Virus record (IMG/VR): IMGVR_UViG_3300046517_000890
Location: 2,004-66,003 of that record
Origin: a virus
Lineage: Duplodnaviria; Caudoviricetes
Direction: 5' to 3' (one strand)
Length of the DNA: 64,000 nucleotides
The notes beneath the pieces were generated by a model, which did no database searches, was not told the origin of the DNA, and saw only the letters and a list, made by a program, of their open reading frames with translations. The position numbers and the translations under genes were made by a program. Shown here in pieces: positions 8,919 through 18,587 of this stretch. Each line of letters opens with the position of its first letter. The stretch's first letter is position 1.

Positions 8919-9284
8919 ATGAAGACAGCCATACCAAAGATCGGAGCTGGAGCAGAACTGAGTCTCTTCCCGGAGTGGATGGTTGGCGTGCATCCGAGTG
9001 TTGTCTTGAGCCGAAGACGCGGTAAGAGGTACAGGCTTCGTCACATCGAGAAAGATAGAGCAAGGAAAAAAAAATGGGCGCTCGCCAATCCAGAGAAAAG
9101 GAAAGCATCTTGGACCGCGTGGTCGAAGCGGAATCGCGAGTACATGAATGCCTTCAGCAGGAGGTACTACCACGAGAACCCGGAGTACCGCGCGGCACAG
9201 CGCGCTCGGGCGCAGGCGAAGAGGGACAAGTTCCTCGCGATGGGCCTGACCTCCAAGGGCACACCGCGGAAGGTACCGGCATGA
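8919..9284 (+). CDS. Basic helical hypothetical protein
   Basis: K/R-rich NPEK/NPEY repeats resembling HNH-protein N-termini; ATGA overlap with next gene. Confidence 0.6.
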   Translation: MKTAIPKIGAGAELSLFPEWMVGVHPSVVLSRRRGKRYRLRHIEKDRARKKKWALANPEKRKASWTAWSKRNREYMNAFSRRYYHENPEYRAAQRARAQAKRDKFLAMGLTSKGTPRKVPA

Positions 9285-9730
9285 AGCTCGCCACAATTCA
9301 CGTTGGCACGCTCGCACCGCGCGAGATCGTGCAGACTCGCAAGGACCAGATCATCGCCGTCTTCGAGTTCTGGCGCAGCCTGCTCTCGAACCCGCGCTCG
9401 CGCATGGACCTCTCGCGCGAGAAGAAGATCGGATCGATGCTCACGATCGGTTACTCGGTCGAAGACCTCCAGCTCGCCTGCATCGGCTGCTACTTCTCCG
9501 ACTTCCACCGCGGGCAGAACGATCGGCACACCGCCTACCAGGACATCGGGCTCATCTGCCGTGACGCCGAGCACGTGGACAAGTTCCTCGCGATCGCTGA
9601 CCGCCAGGCCGAGCACATCACTGACGAGCGGGCGCGCAACGCGCGTTACGCGCAGGATCGCCAGCCGCCATCGGCCGAGGCTCGCGCGAAGATCGACACC
9701 ATCATGGCAAAGCTGAAGGAGCGCAAATGA
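9281..9730 (+). CDS. Replication initiator C-terminal-like domain protein
   Basis: IIAVFEFWR..., GYSVEDLQLAC.G...SDFHRGQNDR...Y.DI.LICRDAEHVDKF resembles replisome-organizer C-termini. Confidence 0.65.
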   Translation: MKLATIHVGTLAPREIVQTRKDQIIAVFEFWRSLLSNPRSRMDLSREKKIGSMLTIGYSVEDLQLACIGCYFSDFHRGQNDRHTAYQDIGLICRDAEHVDKFLAIADRQAEHITDERARNARYAQDRQPPSAEARAKIDTIMAKLKERK

Positions 9731-10254
9731 AACCATCCGCCGTAGCCGGCGTCCGCCGGACGATGAAGGAGCTGGTGGACGGGACCATCCGCGTCCAGAT
9801 CGACATCGAGCCGCAGCACCGCACCGCCTTCCTCGAACTCTTCCCGGCGATCGATATGCCTGTGGCGCTTGCGCCACTCAACATCGGCCAGGCGCCGGCC
9901 GTCCCAGGAGACGACGACGACATCGAGCCGCCGTACACGGGGCCGGTCACCTTCTCCAAGGCAGACCTCGAATCCAAGGACATCGGCAGCAGCACGTGGA
10001 CCGCGCTCGGGCCGCTATGCAAGAGCGCGATCATGCTCGGGAAGGAAGAAGCATTCCAGGAGTGGGTTTGCTCGCAGCAAGAAACTGTGGTCGGAGAGCC
10101 CATACCGCGGAACGATGAAGAGTGGGCCGCCAACTACATTCGCGTGAGCTGCGGTGTGGAATCGCGCAAGGAGCTGGACGAAGTCCCAGAGGCCAAGGCG
10201 GCGTTCAAGGACATGATGAGGCAGTACCGTGGCTGGCTCGAACAGCAGCGCTGA
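9727..10254 (+). CDS. Hypothetical phage protein
   Basis: Coupled ORF; DGTIRVQIDIEP, YIRVSCGVESRKELD. Confidence 0.75.
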   Translation: MKPSAVAGVRRTMKELVDGTIRVQIDIEPQHRTAFLELFPAIDMPVALAPLNIGQAPAVPGDDDDIEPPYTGPVTFSKADLESKDIGSSTWTALGPLCKSAIMLGKEEAFQEWVCSQQETVVGEPIPRNDEEWAANYIRVSCGVESRKELDEVPEAKAAFKDMMRQYRGWLEQQR

Positions 10255-10522
10255 ATGCACGCCGGAGACGCGGCGCCTTCTGATCGCGCTGCGAGGCGAG
10301 GCGCCTGGATGCGATACGTGCGGGTTGCGCCGCTGGAAACAAAGCAACGATCCGATGCGAGTGTACGCAGTATGCGGTCCCGCTGAAGATGCGAACGACA
10401 CCTATCAATCAACCAACATTCGTGAGATTAACTATCTCTTCAGCGTCTGCGTAATTGGTCGATGCAAACCATACATAGAAGGAAACCTGTGGGAACCAGG
10501 CTCATCTACCCGCCCAGCATGA
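10229..10522 (+). CDS. Hypothetical Cys-containing protein
   Basis: Fills operon gap; CDTC motif; stop overlaps next start. Confidence 0.45.
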   Translation: MAGSNSSAECTPETRRLLIALRGEAPGCDTCGLRRWKQSNDPMRVYAVCGPAEDANDTYQSTNIREINYLFSVCVIGRCKPYIEGNLWEPGSSTRPA

Positions 10523-10839
10523 CCTTCTGGCAGGCGCTCCAGGCCGGGCTCGTCGAGCCGCTGCGAAGCGAGTCGTACCTTCGCTACGTGCGTGGGTTGC
10601 CGTGCTGCGCTTGCCAACGCCCAGGCCCTGGCGATCCGCACCATATCGTCGGCAGCGGACTCAAGGGAGCTGGCACGCACACATCTGACCTGCTCGCGAT
10701 CCCGCTGTGCCGCCAGTGCCACGAGAAGCTACACGCCGGGCACGGGCACGTAGCGTGGGAGGAAAAGCATGGCACGCAGATCGAGCACGCAGCTCGCACG
10801 CTAGTGGAGGCGGTATATCGCGGGGTGCTGCGGACATGA
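10519..10839 (+). CDS. DUF968/Ref-like HNH-type nuclease
   Basis: YLRYVRGLPCCAC...DPHH...SDLLAIPLCRQCHEKLH. Confidence 0.8.
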   Translation: MTFWQALQAGLVEPLRSESYLRYVRGLPCCACQRPGPGDPHHIVGSGLKGAGTHTSDLLAIPLCRQCHEKLHAGHGHVAWEEKHGTQIEHAARTLVEAVYRGVLRT

Positions 10840-11081
10840 CAGAAACGTACACAGTTGAGGATAACACACAGGTGAACGCCATTCAGGCTCTCCTGGCTTT
10901 GCTGCTCGCCGACACGCTCGCGAACGGCAGCATGAAGCTGAAATGGGAGATGACGCCAGGGATCATCGCGAATCTCACGAAGGCTGGGCTCACCGTGCGC
11001 GCTGACACGATAGCCACTGACTACGGCCGCATCAAGCAGCGCGTGCTCGTCATCGACAACTTCAAAGTGGAGATCGAGTGA
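10836..11081 (+). CDS. Hypothetical protein
   Basis: ATGA-coupled ORF starting MTETYTVEDN. Confidence 0.6.
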   Translation: MTETYTVEDNTQVNAIQALLALLLADTLANGSMKLKWEMTPGIIANLTKAGLTVRADTIATDYGRIKQRVLVIDNFKVEIE

Positions 11082-11515
11082 CGCGCAACCGCGAGGAGGA
11101 GCAGCACTGCATGGCCTACGTCGAGTGGTGCGGGCTCGCCGCGCACACGTTCCCCGAGCTGGCTGCGATCTACCACATCCCCAACGGAGGTGCCCGTCCG
11201 TATCGCGTGAGCGCGAAAGGGAAGCGCTACTCGGTGGAGGGCGAGAAGCTGAAGAGGATGGGCGTGAAGGCGGGTGTGTGGGACTACCACCTGCCTGTGG
11301 CGCGCGTGTGGGAGGGCGTGCCCTACATGGGCGTATGGATCGAGTTTAAGAGCAAGGACGGCCGGCTCTCGAAGGAGCAGAAGGAATTCGGCCGCCTCAT
11401 GCGCCGGCTCGGCCACGCGCTGTTGATAGTCAACGACTGGGAGGAGGCGAAGTTGTACACCATCAAGTACCTCGGCATGCCACAAGGAGCAGAGAGTGTC
11501 GGACGCGCGAACTGA
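11078..11515 (+). CDS. VRR-NUC domain nuclease
   Basis: HIPNGG, GVKAGVWD, WIEFKSKDGRLSKEQKEF. Confidence 0.85.
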   Translation: MTRNREEEQHCMAYVEWCGLAAHTFPELAAIYHIPNGGARPYRVSAKGKRYSVEGEKLKRMGVKAGVWDYHLPVARVWEGVPYMGVWIEFKSKDGRLSKEQKEFGRLMRRLGHALLIVNDWEEAKLYTIKYLGMPQGAESVGRAN

Positions 11516-12200
11516 ACGGAAGTCGATCGAACAGTCTATCGGTGAGGCGCTCGCAAGCGGCGAGCTGACCGGGCACCAGCTCAAGAAGGTCATGGCGCTC
11601 GGCATCGTCGGGATCACCGACCCGTTCGCCGACGCGATCTTCCGGCTCAAGTACGGGCTGGACGCGAAGAGCTACGCGGAGACGCTCAGCTCTACGCGCA
11701 AGCTCTCCTATGCGCTCAACTTCCAGCGCAACTGGCGGCTGCATACGCGCAAGCTCTCGGAGATGGCGAAGGAGGCGCTAGACTACTGGCTGGCCGACAC
11801 GTGCCCGGCGTGCCAGGGGCGCGGGTGGGAGGTGCCCGAGGGCGCCCCGTACCTGTCCGACAACCCGTGCCTGCACTGCCTCGATCGCCCTGGCAAGCGG
11901 CCGTTCCCGTGGCTTCTCGCCCACCCGGAGGTGAAGATCGCAGACCACGAGAAGCCGGTGAAGCGGAAGGAGCTGAAGCGGCAGGCGAAGGAGCGCGACC
12001 ACCTGATGAAGCGCTACAAGGAACTGCTGTGCGAGCTGGAGAACCACGAGCGCCACATCGGCGAGAAGGTCATCGTGGCGCTCACGCGGAACGTTAGCGT
12101 GATGGGCCGCGCTGTGGCTGCCGCGGAGGCGGAGGTAGAAGGTCGCGCCGTTCTAAGGACTGGCAGCGCTCGATCTCACGTGCGCTCGCGCGGCGAGTAG
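11496..12200 (+). CDS. Q-like late antitermination protein
   Basis: RLKY, ALDYWLADTCPACQGRG...CLHC zinc finger; last gene of nin-like block. Confidence 0.65.
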   Translation: MSDARTERKSIEQSIGEALASGELTGHQLKKVMALGIVGITDPFADAIFRLKYGLDAKSYAETLSSTRKLSYALNFQRNWRLHTRKLSEMAKEALDYWLADTCPACQGRGWEVPEGAPYLSDNPCLHCLDRPGKRPFPWLLAHPEVKIADHEKPVKRKELKRQAKERDHLMKRYKELLCELENHERHIGEKVIVALTRNVSVMGRAVAAAEAEVEGRAVLRTGSARSHVRSRGE

Positions 12201-12255
12201 CCCACCTGCGTTGCAGGCGGTCCAGCTCCTTGCGCTCCTTGGCGTTGAGGCTCAT
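12094..12255 (-). CDS. Hypothetical protein (convergent overlap with Q-like gene)
   Basis: GGAG RBS, MSLNAKERKELDRL. Confidence 0.4.
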   Translation of the reverse strand: MSLNAKERKELDRLQRRWATRRASAREIERCQSLERRDLLPPPPRQPQRGPSR

Positions 12256-12376
12256 GGCTATCTCCAGAAGATGACGTGCGTCGTCTTGCGCCGGGTCTCG
12301 TACCACGCCGGCAGGCTCGGGTGCGATTGCGTCCGCAGGTAGTGCGCGATCTGGCAGCGTGCGAGTGACCAGGGAC

Positions 12377-12583
12377 TCATAGCTCCTCCTTCTTGTGGTC
12401 TCGCTCCTGTAGCACCTTGAACATCTCGTCACACACACCCTGGCCGTGCTTTGCCACGAACTCCGGCACGTATTTGAAGCGGGCATCCATGCGCACCGTT
12501 TGATGGATGCTGCTCAGCATCTTCGTCAGCCGATCGAACTTGCGCAGCATTGCCGGAGTGTATGGCTTAGCGGTTTTGGTCAT
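12377..12583 (-). CDS. Hypothetical protein
   Basis: Coupled ORF with RBS. Confidence 0.6.
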   Translation of the reverse strand: MTKTAKPYTPAMLRKFDRLTKMLSSIHQTVRMDARFKYVPEFVAKHGQGVCDEMFKVLQERDHKKEEL

Positions 12584-12993
12584 GGCTTCCTCTCCAGTCT
12601 GTCGATGAGCGACAAACGCTGAGCGTAGTTCATGTTCTTCACGAACTCATAGACGATCACGTGATCCCTTATCGGATTGCGGATCAGCCAGTCTGCCACC
12701 AGCTCCGGGAACGTCAAGATTTCGCGCGCTTCTGCCCGGCCGCGTATCTCCGCAAGCACTTTCTTGTAGATGCTGGCGTGCTCCTCCGGCAGGTTGACTG
12801 GACGCTCGCGCACGACGAGCCCCATGTACCGATCCGCAATCAGGTTCACGTTGGTCGATAGCGTCCCTGGCATGCCGGCGAGCGCGCGGCGCAAGCCGTC
12901 GCTCAGGTAGATGTCCTTCCGGTCCTTGCTCACGTCGGTCTGCCTCCGGCGCGATTGTCGCGCGGAGCGTGTGGGTTGGGCAAGCTGGTTCAC
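12580..12993 (-). CDS. Hypothetical protein, possible ribbon-helix-helix DNA binder
   Basis: RKDIYLSDGL...LSTNVNLIADRY. Confidence 0.6.
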   Translation of the reverse strand: MNQLAQPTRSARQSRRRQTDVSKDRKDIYLSDGLRRALAGMPGTLSTNVNLIADRYMGLVVRERPVNLPEEHASIYKKVLAEIRGRAEAREILTFPELVADWLIRNPIRDHVIVYEFVKNMNYAQRLSLIDRLERKP

Positions 12994-13385
12994 GATTCAC
13001 CTCCGTTCAATAGGCTGGCCAGCGCTTGCGGCGTAGGCACCTCCGAGAGCTTGAACGCATCCATCATTATGGCCGTGAGGGTCGCGCCAGTTCCACGCGG
13101 ATCACCACGAACCACGATCTCGCGCTTGCGCGGCAGCACCTGCTTGACGATGAGTGGCTTGCCCCACAGCCACCAATACTTCGACTCCGGGTCCGGCTTC
13201 TTATGGATGAAGACGGTGTCGCTGACTCGCAGGTGCGAGAACTTCGCCCACAGGCGTTTGCGCCGCTCGTCAGACTCCAGGTTTGACAGGTGGCAGTCGC
13301 GCGCCTCCGCCGCGTCGATGATCGCGGACAGCGTGTCGCGTTCGCGCATGCCGCGGATAGCTTCGATGATCTGCTTCGCGTTCAT
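12990..13385 (-). CDS. Hypothetical protein
   Basis: Coupled ORF with GGAGG RBS. Confidence 0.65.
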   Translation of the reverse strand: MNAKQIIEAIRGMRERDTLSAIIDAAEARDCHLSNLESDERRKRLWAKFSHLRVSDTVFIHKKPDPESKYWWLWGKPLIVKQVLPRKREIVVRGDPRGTGATLTAIMMDAFKLSEVPTPQALASLLNGGES

Positions 13386-14062
13386 TGTCCACCTCCAAGT
13401 GTGCGGATGAGCGCGATCGCTCGCGCCTTGCTCTCGTTGTCCGTCTTCGCAAGCGCGTCTCCGAACCAGTAGCCGGTCCTCATCACCACGTTGGCTCCGG
13501 CAGCGTTGCGCGTGTAGAGCACGCGGTAACCGTCTTCGATCGGCTCGGCGTCCATGATGATGGCATCGTCTACGATCCGGCCAACGAACGGCAGCTTGAT
13601 CGCGCGGTACGGGAAGTGCAGCGACAGCTTCGCCGGCACTCGGAACCCGCGCTCGGTAATTCGGCTGAAGCAGCCGCCCTCCCGCTCAGCCGGTACGCGG
13701 TAGGCCTTGTGCTTCACCACCCGCGCCTCGTCGCAGATCACGATGTTCTTGACCTCCTTGATGGTGTGCGGAAGATCGGTTGTCCTGAGAATGCGACCAC
13801 TGATCTCATCGCGGTGACGCTTCGTCATGCGCTGGATGCGATGCCGCGCACGGTACTGTTCGCGCGTCTCGATGCGCCCGAGGGCAATCGGCGCGCGCTC
13901 CCACACCGGCCGCACGGTCGGCAGCCAGTGCATGAGGATGAAGCGCGTCGCGCCGTAGTGCGTCTGCCCGCGGAACCCCATCCTCCGCGCATGCTTGATC
14001 GTGGCGCCATCTCCGTAGTCCTTCACCAGCTTCTTGATCTCGTCGATGTTCATCATGGTCAC
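13382..14062 (-). CDS. Hypothetical basic protein
   Basis: Coupled ORF, native codon usage. Confidence 0.7.
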   Translation of the reverse strand: MTMMNIDEIKKLVKDYGDGATIKHARRMGFRGQTHYGATRFILMHWLPTVRPVWERAPIALGRIETREQYRARHRIQRMTKRHRDEISGRILRTTDLPHTIKEVKNIVICDEARVVKHKAYRVPAEREGGCFSRITERGFRVPAKLSLHFPYRAIKLPFVGRIVDDAIIMDAEPIEDGYRVLYTRNAAGANVVMRTGYWFGDALAKTDNESKARAIALIRTLGGGQ

Positions 14063-15300
14063 TCTCCGATGTAGAGGAACTCGCCGAACGGCGGCTCGTA
14101 CCGGCCGGGCTCCTTGGTGGTCGATGCCCAGAGCACGGGGTAGGGCGGCAGCTCGTCCGGGTAGTCGCCCATGCAGTCCGTGAGGTAGATCAGCGCCGCC
14201 GGCTGGATGCCGTTCTCCTCGACCCAGTCGAAGACGGGCTTGAAGCTCGTTCCCCCGCCACCCGTGGGCTTGAACACGAGCGGGTCGCCAGGCAGGAACT
14301 CCTGCACGCCGCCATCCTCCGCGATGTCCGCGTCGCAGTACACGACGTGCGTGACCTCCGGCTTCACCTCTTCGATGATCGAGCTGATCTCGGCAGCGAA
14401 CGCAGCCAGCTCCTCATCTCCGATCGAGCCCGAGGTGTCCACGCCGATGACGATGGGCGGCATCTGCTCGGACTGGAGCTTCGGCAGGTAGAGCCCGAGC
14501 GACTGGTAACGCTGCGAGGGCATGCGCCACGTGTAGTCGAGCGACGCCTGCATCTGCACGAACCGGCGCAGCACCGCGCGCCAGTCCACCTTCGGCTGCA
14601 CGAAGTCCTCGACCATGCGCTCCAGGCCTGACGGGAGCTTGCCCTGCTGCTTCGCCTGCTCGATCGCCTGCTGGACAGCCATCTTCCAGGTGCCCTCGTC
14701 CTGAAGGGCCGTCTCCTGCGGGCCGTCTATCACCTCGCCGAACGTGGGCTTGTAGTTGGGCGCTCGCGGGTCGCGCGGCTGGCCGTCCCCACTGCCTTCT
14801 CCATCCTGATCTCCGCCACCACCGCCGTCCTTTTCGTCTTCCGGCTTCTCGCTCTTCTCCTGTTGCAAGAGCGCGTAGATCGCCTCTGCGCTCATGTTGC
14901 TGAAGCGCTCGTCCACGCACCCGTCCGCCGGCAGCTCCAGCCTCGCACGCAGGCAGATGGGGTTGATCGCGTAGTCGCAGGCGATGTTCCAGAGCTTGCG
15001 CTCACGCTGATCGCGCCTCCACACGTGGCCGTTCGCGCAGTGCAGCACCTCGTGGCACACCAGCCCCTTCAACTGCGGGTCGGTGAGGCCGTCGATGAAT
15101 GACGGGTTGTAGAAGAGGTGCTTCCCGTCCACCGCCGCCGTCCCGGCCCACCACGCCACCGTTGGCTTCAGACGGAGAGCGAGCGACCCGAAGAACGGCT
15201 CCTTGAGCACGAGCGCCATGCGCTGACGCACGATGCGCTCGATCGCCTTCTGCTCCAGCGCCTTCATCTTCGCCTGGTCCAACACGAGTACCTTGGTCAT
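14059..15300 (-). CDS. DUF2201-type metallopeptidase + vWA protein
   Basis: PFFGSLAL, TAAVDG, HEVLH, WNIACDYAIN; DTSGS MIDAS, GGGGTSF, YLTD. Confidence 0.9.
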   Translation of the reverse strand: MTKVLVLDQAKMKALEQKAIERIVRQRMALVLKEPFFGSLALRLKPTVAWWAGTAAVDGKHLFYNPSFIDGLTDPQLKGLVCHEVLHCANGHVWRRDQRERKLWNIACDYAINPICLRARLELPADGCVDERFSNMSAEAIYALLQQEKSEKPEDEKDGGGGGDQDGEGSGDGQPRDPRAPNYKPTFGEVIDGPQETALQDEGTWKMAVQQAIEQAKQQGKLPSGLERMVEDFVQPKVDWRAVLRRFVQMQASLDYTWRMPSQRYQSLGLYLPKLQSEQMPPIVIGVDTSGSIGDEELAAFAAEISSIIEEVKPEVTHVVYCDADIAEDGGVQEFLPGDPLVFKPTGGGGTSFKPVFDWVEENGIQPAALIYLTDCMGDYPDELPPYPVLWASTTKEPGRYEPPFGEFLYIGE

Positions 15301-15614
15301 TGCTGCTCCTCCAGTTGTTCGATGCGTTTCTTGGCAAGCTCGATGAGCTGAGCTTCCGAGACAGCGTCCGTCGGAGTGCCGATGCACTCGATGAACTTCA
15401 CGGCTTGCGCGACTGCGACGATGTCGCCCACTTCCTCCACGAACTCCGTGATTGGCCCAGCGGCATTGCCAGAGAGGAGCGCCGCCAGCATCACGTGGTC
15501 GGATACGCCGATGACGTAGACAGTGCGGTCGCCGTTGTTGTCGTGGCCTTTGAGCGCGCCCAGGAGCGCCGCCGCCTTCGTGCCCCTCACGAGCGTGTAC
15601 GGTGCGTACTTCAT
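15297..15614 (-). CDS. Hypothetical protein
   Basis: Coupled ORF starting MKYAPYTL. Confidence 0.6.
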   Translation of the reverse strand: MKYAPYTLVRGTKAAALLGALKGHDNNGDRTVYVIGVSDHVMLAALLSGNAAGPITEFVEEVGDIVAVAQAVKFIECIGTPTDAVSEAQLIELAKKRIEQLEEQQ

Positions 15615-15883
15615 GCTGCCCTCCTGTCGCGTTCGCGGATGAAGAGACGGGCGTCGTCGAAGAGCTTGCAGTCGTGTCCCCCCCCAGGCATCCTGTGATG
15701 CGGCTGGGAGCACTTGCCCATGCACCATGCGCGCCTCACGGTGCAGTGTGTGACCTTGATGTTGAGCGGCTTGTCCGCGAGCACAGACGTTAGCGCTTGC
15801 GGAGCATCCACCTGCACCACATGCACAAGCACCCCTGGCATAGTGCGCAGCTTTTCCTCCAGGATCGCGTAGGCATACCTCAC
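15611..15883 (-). CDS. Hypothetical protein
   Basis: GTGA-coupled ORF, Cys/His cluster. Confidence 0.5.
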   Translation of the reverse strand: MRYAYAILEEKLRTMPGVLVHVVQVDAPQALTSVLADKPLNIKVTHCTVRRAWCMGKCSQPHHRMPGGGHDCKLFDDARLFIRERDRRAA

Positions 15884-16764
15884 GACTTTCTCCCCATGAA
15901 CGCGGCCATCTTGCGTGCGATCTCCTGGGCGTCCTTCGCGACCTGGGCACGCCGCACGTCGTCCTCGCGCAGCTCCTGCGTGGAGGAGGTGGTGAGCTTG
16001 CGCTTGATCTCCTCGCCGATCTGGGCCAGCTCCTGGTTGCCGGTGAGGTTCATCTTCGGCAGCAGGGCGACCATCTCGCGCACGTTCTCCACGAGGGTGT
16101 CGCGCAGCCGGCTGTTCTTGCCCATGCCGGCGAGCTTGTCCGCCATGTGACGCACGGGTTCGAGCACGCGCCCCGCCAGGTCTTGCATCGCGGAGCCGAC
16201 CGCGCTCTCGACGCGCGCCTCGACGCTGCGTGCCATCGCTTCGATCTCGGCGTTGACGCCGATCGCACCGCGCAGGCGCTCCATGTCCGCGCCGGACGGG
16301 AGTGCCTGGTAGGCCACGTCGAAGGTGAACTTCTCCTCCAACTGCTCGACGCTCGGGTAGGCGCTCTCGTCGTACAGCCCGTTCATCTCGCGGCGCGCGT
16401 TCTCCTTGAGGCGCGGGTAGATCGAGAGGAAGTCGGCAACGGCCTCCTCCCACTCGCCCTTCAGCTTCTGGAGCTTCGCGCCGTAGTCGAAGAACATCGC
16501 CGCCGTCAGCATCTGGGCGCCGTTGATCGACCACTTGAGCGTGTTCGCGTAGTGGAACTTGCGGATGCGGTCCTCCGCCTGCTTGACCGCCTTCCACGCG
16601 GGAGCCTCGGTGTCGATGAGGCACTTGTTGTAGTTGCCGGCGCGCTTCGCCGTGGTGCCGTGCTGCTCGGCGATCTCGTCGGAGGTCTTGTCGTCGTGCT
16701 TGCGCGCTCCCCAACCACTGATGGTCAGGTACACGAGCATTGCTTTGCTGGAAACGCCTGTCAT
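15880..16764 (-). CDS. DUF3150-like protein of AAA/vWA module
   Basis: MLVYLTISGWGARKHD, FLSIYP, YPSVEQLEEKF; adjacent to MoxR-type ATPase. Confidence 0.7.
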   Translation of the reverse strand: MTGVSSKAMLVYLTISGWGARKHDDKTSDEIAEQHGTTAKRAGNYNKCLIDTEAPAWKAVKQAEDRIRKFHYANTLKWSINGAQMLTAAMFFDYGAKLQKLKGEWEEAVADFLSIYPRLKENARREMNGLYDESAYPSVEQLEEKFTFDVAYQALPSGADMERLRGAIGVNAEIEAMARSVEARVESAVGSAMQDLAGRVLEPVRHMADKLAGMGKNSRLRDTLVENVREMVALLPKMNLTGNQELAQIGEEIKRKLTTSSTQELREDDVRRAQVAKDAQEIARKMAAFMGRKS

Positions 16765-16792
16765 ACGGTCTCCTTGCATGTGGTTGATGGGA

Positions 16793-17872
16793 CTACCGCA
16801 CCGACGCGAAGAGCGCCGCCGCCATCGGTTCCTTCGCGAGCTTCACGAACGCTGGCAGGCTCACGATCTTCTCCTCGCCGATCGTCCGCTGGGAGTCGCG
16901 CAGCAGCACCGCGGAGAACTCGGCCAGCTCGCCCTCGAACATGCGCTTCGCATACGTGACGATCGCGCCGAAGTTCTTCACGTCGGCGCGGTAGGCGACG
17001 GCGAGCGCCACGGCGTAGGCGATGCCCGGGTCTTCCACCGACGGCAGTGGCGCATTCTTCGGGTCGGCCAGGATGGCGTCCGGGTCGGGCGCCTTCTCCA
17101 GCATTTCGAGGAAGCCGGCGTAGGACGCCGCGTCCGCGTCTCCGATCCTGCCGGCGAAGGCGGCCATGCGCAGGTTCGAGTCCGCGTTCTGGAGCATCAT
17201 TTGCAGGCGACCGAGCGCTGTCCAGTTGCGCGGGTTGGGGCCGTTGGTGATGTCTGCCGTCGGCTCGAACTTGCAGAGCAGCTCGGGACGGTTCTTCAGG
17301 AACCCGAGCACGGACGCAGGCACGTGGTTCGCCACGCCCCACTCGATGTAGTCCTCCAGGGTGGGCTTCAGCTCCACGATCGTGAAGCGGCTCTTGACCG
17401 GCTCCAGGATGCCGGAGACGCCAGCGCGATCCCCGCGCCGGTTGGTCGCAGCGATGAAGACGACGTGCGGGCTGATCTTGTGGCTGCCGATCTGCCTCGC
17501 GAGCACCTGCTGCATCTTCGACTTCTGCACCGCCTCGGACGCCTGGCCGAAGTCGTCGATGAAGTTGACGGTCGGTTCGGTCGCGTGGATGAGGCGCATG
17601 AGGTCGCCGTAGGGCAGGAACTCGGCGTGGTTGTTCTCCGCCGCCTTCCACGGCAGGCCCTTCGAGTCGGTCGGGTCTTCCACGATCGGGTGGCTGACGA
17701 TGAAGTTCTCCGGCTTGATGTCGGCCTCGGCCGCGGCCTCGGCACCGATGTCGGTCTTGCCGATCCCGGGCGAGCCCTTGATGAGCACGGGCTCCTTCGC
17801 CCTGATGCACGCGACCAGGAGCTGCTTGAGCTGCTTGGGTGAGACGGTGATGCCTTGCGCTGCTGCTGTCAT
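16793..17872 (-). CDS. MoxR/CbbQ-like AAA+ ATPase
   Basis: Walker A GSPGIGKT, Walker B FIDDFGQA, AATNR, SRF, NPRNW. Confidence 0.92.
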   Translation of the reverse strand: MTAAAQGITVSPKQLKQLLVACIRAKEPVLIKGSPGIGKTDIGAEAAAEADIKPENFIVSHPIVEDPTDSKGLPWKAAENNHAEFLPYGDLMRLIHATEPTVNFIDDFGQASEAVQKSKMQQVLARQIGSHKISPHVVFIAATNRRGDRAGVSGILEPVKSRFTIVELKPTLEDYIEWGVANHVPASVLGFLKNRPELLCKFEPTADITNGPNPRNWTALGRLQMMLQNADSNLRMAAFAGRIGDADAASYAGFLEMLEKAPDPDAILADPKNAPLPSVEDPGIAYAVALAVAYRADVKNFGAIVTYAKRMFEGELAEFSAVLLRDSQRTIGEEKIVSLPAFVKLAKEPMAAALFASVR

Positions 17873-17935
17873 GGTCTTCCTTTTTCTGTAGCCCCGCGAA
17901 GGGAGCTTTCAGTTACGCGGCAACCGGCCGCGCTG
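17873..17935 (-). promoter_or_regulatory. Two-hairpin 5' leader element, copy B
   Basis: Minus strand CGCGGC-cggtt-GCCGCG taact GAAAGCTCCCTTCGCGGGGCTAC agaaaaagga..ATG; similar to 19734-19820. Confidence 0.5.
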
Positions 17936-17954
17936 CGGTGTTTCTACGAATCCC

Positions 17955-18158
17955 TCAACTGGCGAGGGTTGCTGCTGCTACGGATTTCTCCAGCTCGCTG
18001 ATCGCCGCGTCGATCTCCTCCTTCGATACCTTCTCGCCAGCGATTACCTTCTCCAGGGCATTCTTCTCGGGCCTGGGTATGGGCGGCTGCACCTGGGCGA
18101 CCACCTCTGTGGCGGGCTTCTCGGCCGCGGAATTCTTGCGCGTGGTACGGCGCCTCAT
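17955..18158 (-). CDS. Hypothetical protein
   Basis: ATGA-coupled ORF with RBS. Confidence 0.6.
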   Translation of the reverse strand: MRRRTTRKNSAAEKPATEVVAQVQPPIPRPEKNALEKVIAGEKVSKEEIDAAISELEKSVAAATLAS

Positions 18159-18577
18159 GCCGCCCTCCTGAAGACCGCCTCGCCGTTGCTGAAGGTGCCG
18201 ACCTTCTCCAGCGTCTCGCCGAAGTAGCTGGCCACCTCGTGGAGGAGCGTTTGGAGACGCGCGGCACTGAGCGCCCTGGTGAGCGGTTCGCCGTCCTCAT
18301 CGTCGTCACGCTCTCGCGGGACCGCCCACACGGCCACGATCCCGCAGTACTCGGACACGCCGACGTAGAACTCCGGGCTCGCCAGGATCGCGCGGTCCTC
18401 ACGTCCGATCCATTCGTCGCACGCACCGAAACGCGGGAGCTGCGCCATCACGTCGCCGCGCACATTGGCGACGGCGTCGTCGAAGTTCATCTGCGCCAGG
18501 TCTACATCCTCCTCGTAGTCCACGTAGGCGTAGACGACCACGGTCGCGTTGCTGGGTCTGCTGACTGAACGTCCCAT
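18155..18577 (-). CDS. Conserved-type phage early protein
   Basis: MGRSVSRPS...GVSEYCGIVAVW...GTFSNGEAVF; AGGAGG RBS. Confidence 0.75.
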   Translation of the reverse strand: MGRSVSRPSNATVVVYAYVDYEEDVDLAQMNFDDAVANVRGDVMAQLPRFGACDEWIGREDRAILASPEFYVGVSEYCGIVAVWAVPRERDDDEDGEPLTRALSAARLQTLLHEVASYFGETLEKVGTFSNGEAVFRRAA

Positions 18578-18587
18578 TGATTTCCTC

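Noticed and set aside
9066-9280. A9 run as a -1 frameshift fusing the 8919 ORF to the initiator frame (ORF 9074-9730)
   Set aside because: The -1 frame segment looks like shadow translation, and ATG 9281 is already coupled to the upstream stop; cannot be supported
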